Source: the human T2T-CHM13v2.0 reference genome, Homo sapiens
DNA length: 64,000 nt
Assembly (NCBI RefSeq): GCF_009914755.1
Contig: NC_060929.1
Direction: 5' to 3' (one strand)
In this document: positions 59,197-64,000 of the stretch, in pieces
Numbering within the stretch: the stretch's first letter is position 1
How the letters are laid out: every line of letters begins with the position of its first letter
The notes under the pieces: generated by a model
Told to the model about the DNA's origin: nothing
The model's input: only the letters and a program-made list of their open reading frames with translations
The model's database searches: none
Position numbers and translations under genes: made by a program

Positions 59197-59544
59197 CATG
59201 TTAAGTGCCATCAGTCGTGAGTTCTGGGTTTGTGATAAAACGAATGACTTCCATTTTCCTCTTTTTGATGACTAGTCATGTCCAAGCTTGCTTCAGTGAC
59301 TTCAATGACTGTGTATTACACGTATGATAAAGAAATGCATTTATTATTTCCTGAAAGAAATACATATAGCATAGCACATTTTGGAAAACACAGGAAGCGT
59401 AGAAGCAATTACCTGTAGTTTTTCTGTTCAAAATAACCACTGTAAATATTTTGCTTATTTCTTTCAGTCTTTCTTCTATGGATAAATTATCTGTTTATAC
59501 ATACACATGTATGTGTGTATAGAGAACGAGGTTTCATTACACAC

Positions 59545-59637
59545 ATACACATATAAGTATACATATATCTATATCTATAGATACATATAGATATATGATA
59601 TATATCATATATAGATATATATAGATCTATCTATATC

Positions 59638-59692
<55 letters not shown>
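59545..59692. repeat. Degenerate (TA)/(TATC) tract ending in (TA)n(GA)n
   Basis: Direct reading. Confidence 0.9.
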
Positions 59693-59700
<8 letters not shown>

Positions 59701-60929
59701 GTTTCATTTCATATTCTTTTTTCACCAAACATCACAAACTGGGTGGCTGTACACAGGAGAGGCAAGGAGACTTTCATTTTATACCCTTTTATATCTTTTG
59801 AATTTTGAATCATTTGAATGTAATGCCTATTTTCCAATAAATTAAAATATAATTCCATATTGCAGTAAGCATTTTCCATGCTGTTGCATTCTGAATACTC
59901 GTCTTTTTAAATGGTTGCATTATATTCCTTGCAAACATTTTGGAAGGGACAGTGTCTATGGCAGATGCTTAGCAGTGGTGGACGAGTCACCTGGGTCGTC
60001 CTGACCTTCTCATACCCTTGCCCTCTCCTAATCTGTCTGAATGCCATGCAGTCCACGGTTTGGTCTGCGGAAGAGTGAGGGCAGGTTTCCAGCAGAGATG
60101 ATGTCACCCTGTGGGAATGAATTGTGATGTCAAGACGGATGAGCGGTGGAGAGGACGGGAGACACTGAAGAGCCTGAATTAATAGTGTCTCCAATTCCCA
60201 GACCTTTCGTGGACTGCACTGCTAAACTGAGAAGGGAAGCAGTGCTCTGGATTGATTGTTCCTGAGGTGGCTCCAGGGACTTCTCCCTGCTTTTAAGACA
60301 AGGGACTTTGGAACACCTATAATCAGGGTAACAAACTGCAAGGGAACAAGGCAAAGACCTGCACTTGAAAGCAACTCTGAGGACCAGCAAGCAGGGTTCA
60401 TTACAGAACTCCTTTATCCTGAAATCATACGAAAAGTAGGCTAGACAATAAGGTTCACTGCAACCTTTATTACCCTATACCATCTATTACAAACGATGGA
60501 GGTGTTCAACTACTATTTCAACTAAAAATGCTTCCCATGGTAAGACCTGAGGAGGAATGGCAGATGTTTCTCACAGAGAGGTGCACACCTTACAAGTCCA
60601 TCATAAGAGGGTCCTGAAAAATGCTCATAATGCCTACCTATCCCCTACTTGGATGTGTGACCTCCCTTACAGCTGTGAAAGGTGACATGAAAACCACCAG
60701 GTACCCGCCAGGCTTCTTGCATTTTCTCCAAATAGAACAACTCAAAGGCTTGTCTATGCAGACCCATGTCATTCCCACAGGCCTGCGTCCTCCGGTCACA
60801 CATCTATCATGCCTGCATGCGTATGTGAATAAACAGCAGCTAGGACAGCAAGGGCTACCCCCGAGCTGCTCTCACACATAGTACTGATATTTTGGGCATA
60901 GTCCTACTTTTTATGGATTCCTCCTTTGC

Positions 60930-61085
60930 TTACAGCATGTGTTGGAAACTGGTGTTTAATTTGGCTTGCAAATTCTTTAAAAAAAAATCAGAGTCAACAT
61001 TTTATAATCAGGAAATTCACACAAACATCTATCTGGATTTTTGGTTTCCTTTGCAAACTCCAGATATCCATCAATTTAGGTCCTC
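60930..61085. mobile_element. hAT fossil, MER102-like (related fragments near 19645-19715 and 20710-20795)
   Basis: caacattttataatcaggaaattcacacaaacatc...ggatttttggtttcct resembles MER102, from memory. Confidence 0.45.
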
Positions 61086-62147
61086 TCCCCCATGGCGCAA
61101 AGCTTAGTGGCAGCCGCCCTCTGTAGAAGGTACAGGCAATTCTTATTTCCAGTTTAGCATCGCCCACAGGAGTCCCTGTTGCCTCCTAACACTAAGGCCC
61201 CTGTGTCCACTGCCATTTATCATTGAGCTTGCGTTGTTATTTTTCTTATCGTAGAGAAATAATTTTATTATGCCTGCCCACTTCACTCAATGACTTTACT
61301 TGAAGACATTTGAGTGGTAATCCCTGGCCTGGAGTTTTGAGAATAGAGCCTGAAGATTTATTTAGGCATTATAAGAAGAAAGAGACACAAAGAACAAAAC
61401 GATGCCTCCTGCTTTCCTCTCCGCTAGTCTCCAAACTCAGCTCCTCCTGGCAGCAAACCTGGGTTTCTGGTCTGGGTTTGAGCACGTTTTAAGGGATTGA
61501 AGTTCACCGTCCTTTGAGCCAAGATCTCCGGACTTATCTCTTTAGACTTGGCTCTACTTTTCAGGTTCAAGTCTGAGCCACATCACATTTTAGAGAAACC
61601 TTTCTGTCTCCCAAAAGAAGCCCACCTTCCTTTTTGCACAACCTGCTTTAAACCCATTCACTAAATTTGTTACAAATCTGCATTTCTCTTCTTGTGAAAC
61701 ATGCACAGAGAGGTATGTGATTCCAAAGCTGAAAGCAGCACATCATCAAATGATTGTGGGCAGGACCAAACCATCTGGGCTGAAAACAAGCTTCTTAAAA
61801 GAACTGTCTTCTCCCCTTGATGATGGGTCACTTTAGAGTATTTACTTCTCTGGCTGATTCAGGCTAGCTATGTAGTGAAGTCTGTGTGTTTACACGATAT
61901 GGAAACTGAAGGCTCAATGTAACTTTCTCTTTCTGTTGTCATAGAGCAATCATCTTTAAGACTCAAGTGTCTAAATGAACAATTTCTACTATATTAGCTC
62001 ACTCCAGACATTTAAAGAAATATTTTCATCCATAAACACATACATACAAATTTACATAATCACTTACATGCATCTGTATATTTACACACTCGCACACACA
62101 CACATATTTGGCCATATATCAATGATGGATTAAACCATCACAATTGC

Positions 62148-62571
<424 letters not shown>

Positions 62572-63649
62572 TCAGAAGGGCAACTAGAGCCCCCATCCCA
62601 TGAGATTGGCATGGAAATCACAGCCCTCATGCCTTTTTGTAAAGAAAACACTCATGAAAATATTAGACCTTAGAAATGGGGAGAGCAGCCCGCTGTTCTG
62701 TACCAGGTACGAAACCAAAAGCAGAAAAGCTACGTTTAAAATCAAGCAGCCTCTTGATGGGTTTGACGAATGCCAGCCTCCTCTCTCTGCCTGTAACTCT
62801 CCTCTCTCTGCCCCTTACCCTCAACATCCCAAGACAAATACTGCACGTTAATTAAATACAAAATGATTATTTAAAAACACTTGTGAAGGAATAATTATTG
62901 TGCATATAATAGATATATGTATGTTAAACTCCCGTGCACACATTTTGAATGATTTATGGGGTCCTGGAGCTGCCGGTAGCTATCCTATTAGCGTTCACCC
63001 CACCCCACCCGACCTTTCTGCATGGTCTCTAAATGCTGGTGTGACTACCACACACAAGAGAACAACTGCATTGTGGATTTAAAGGTACTTTCTATGACTT
63101 TTCATTGGCTCCCAGTGAATAAGCTTTTAATGAAGAATCTCTGATTAAAAACAGGGTTTCACAGTATCTAAATTAAATGCATAGCTTAGGAAGTTATTTC
63201 TTGAAACCGGCTCGCCACATACAAGTCATGTCAGCATAATGAAAATACATACATGCATTCTGGCAGCATGAAATGCCATCATTTAGCCATCCTTCAGTTA
63301 CCCTTCTAAATAATTCCAGTCCAAGATTTTGGAATAAGGAAGGTTTACGATTAGATGGCATATAAGATGTCGGGATCATAGCGGGAAAGCCAGCAGTTTA
63401 GAGCATAGCAAATTCAGGTTCAAGTCTGAGTCTCATCATGTGTGGTTTTAGAGAAACCTTTCCCTCATGTGTTGTAGCTCTCTCTTGCCTCAATTATCTT
63501 AGAGAGTCTTAGAAAGGATTTGATAGAATAATGTTTTAAAACTGCATGAAACCTACACTGCATGAGTAAAATGTTGCCTGTGCTGAACTCCCGTTTATTT
63601 TTTGCATTGACTTTCACTTACACAACAATCCACTGCCATGTATGAAGTA

Positions 63650-63985
63650 TACTTGACCTCTGAACACCACGAGCTTGAACTGCACTGGTCCACTCATATG
63701 TGGATTCTCTTCCACCACTGCCACCCCAAGACAGCAAATCTAACCTCCTCTTCTTCCTCCTGCTCAGCCTACTCAACATGAAGATGAGGACGGAGGTTTT
63801 TATGATGACCCACTTCCATTTAACCAACGGTAAATTTATTTTTTCTTATGATTTTCTTAATAACATTTTTCCCCTAGCTTACTTTATTGTAAAAATACAG
63901 TATTTTAACATATTTTATACAGTGTATTATACATACAACAAACAAAATATGTGTTAATTGACTGTTTATGTTATTGGTAAGAGCC
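63650..63985. mobile_element. Tigger2a/MER28-like TcMar-Tigger fossil
   Basis: ttgacctctgaacaccacgagcttgaactgcactggtccactcatatgtggat...tcagcctactcaacatgaagatga. Confidence 0.8.
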
Positions 63986-64000
63986 TACTGTTAACTGGAT

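Overview
Primate (most likely human) genomic DNA, not microbial. It has about 19 Alu SINEs, L1/L2/MIR fragments, ERVL/MaLR solo LTRs, hAT/Tigger fossils and microsatellites. I found one real coding exon: a 72-nt, phase-2/phase-2 exon on the minus strand (34899-34970) encoding the leucine-rich repeat [25 protein letters not shown] recognise this peptide as SLIT3 (probably exon 5), so the window reads as two long SLIT3 introns. The supplied ORFs look like chance, Alu-derived or low-complexity frames. I find no evidence of a novel multi-gene system. The most unusual signals are local templated duplications: (1) a 5'-truncated Alu whose TSD-bounded insert carries a 64-bp inverted copy of nearby unique DNA, with microhomology at both junctions; (2) a two-block direct copy about 2.1 kb from its partner; (3) a ~45-bp direct copy 1.85 kb away. 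There are also non-B DNA motifs and candidate splicing/regulatory elements. Repeat boundaries and family names were assigned by eye and are approximate.
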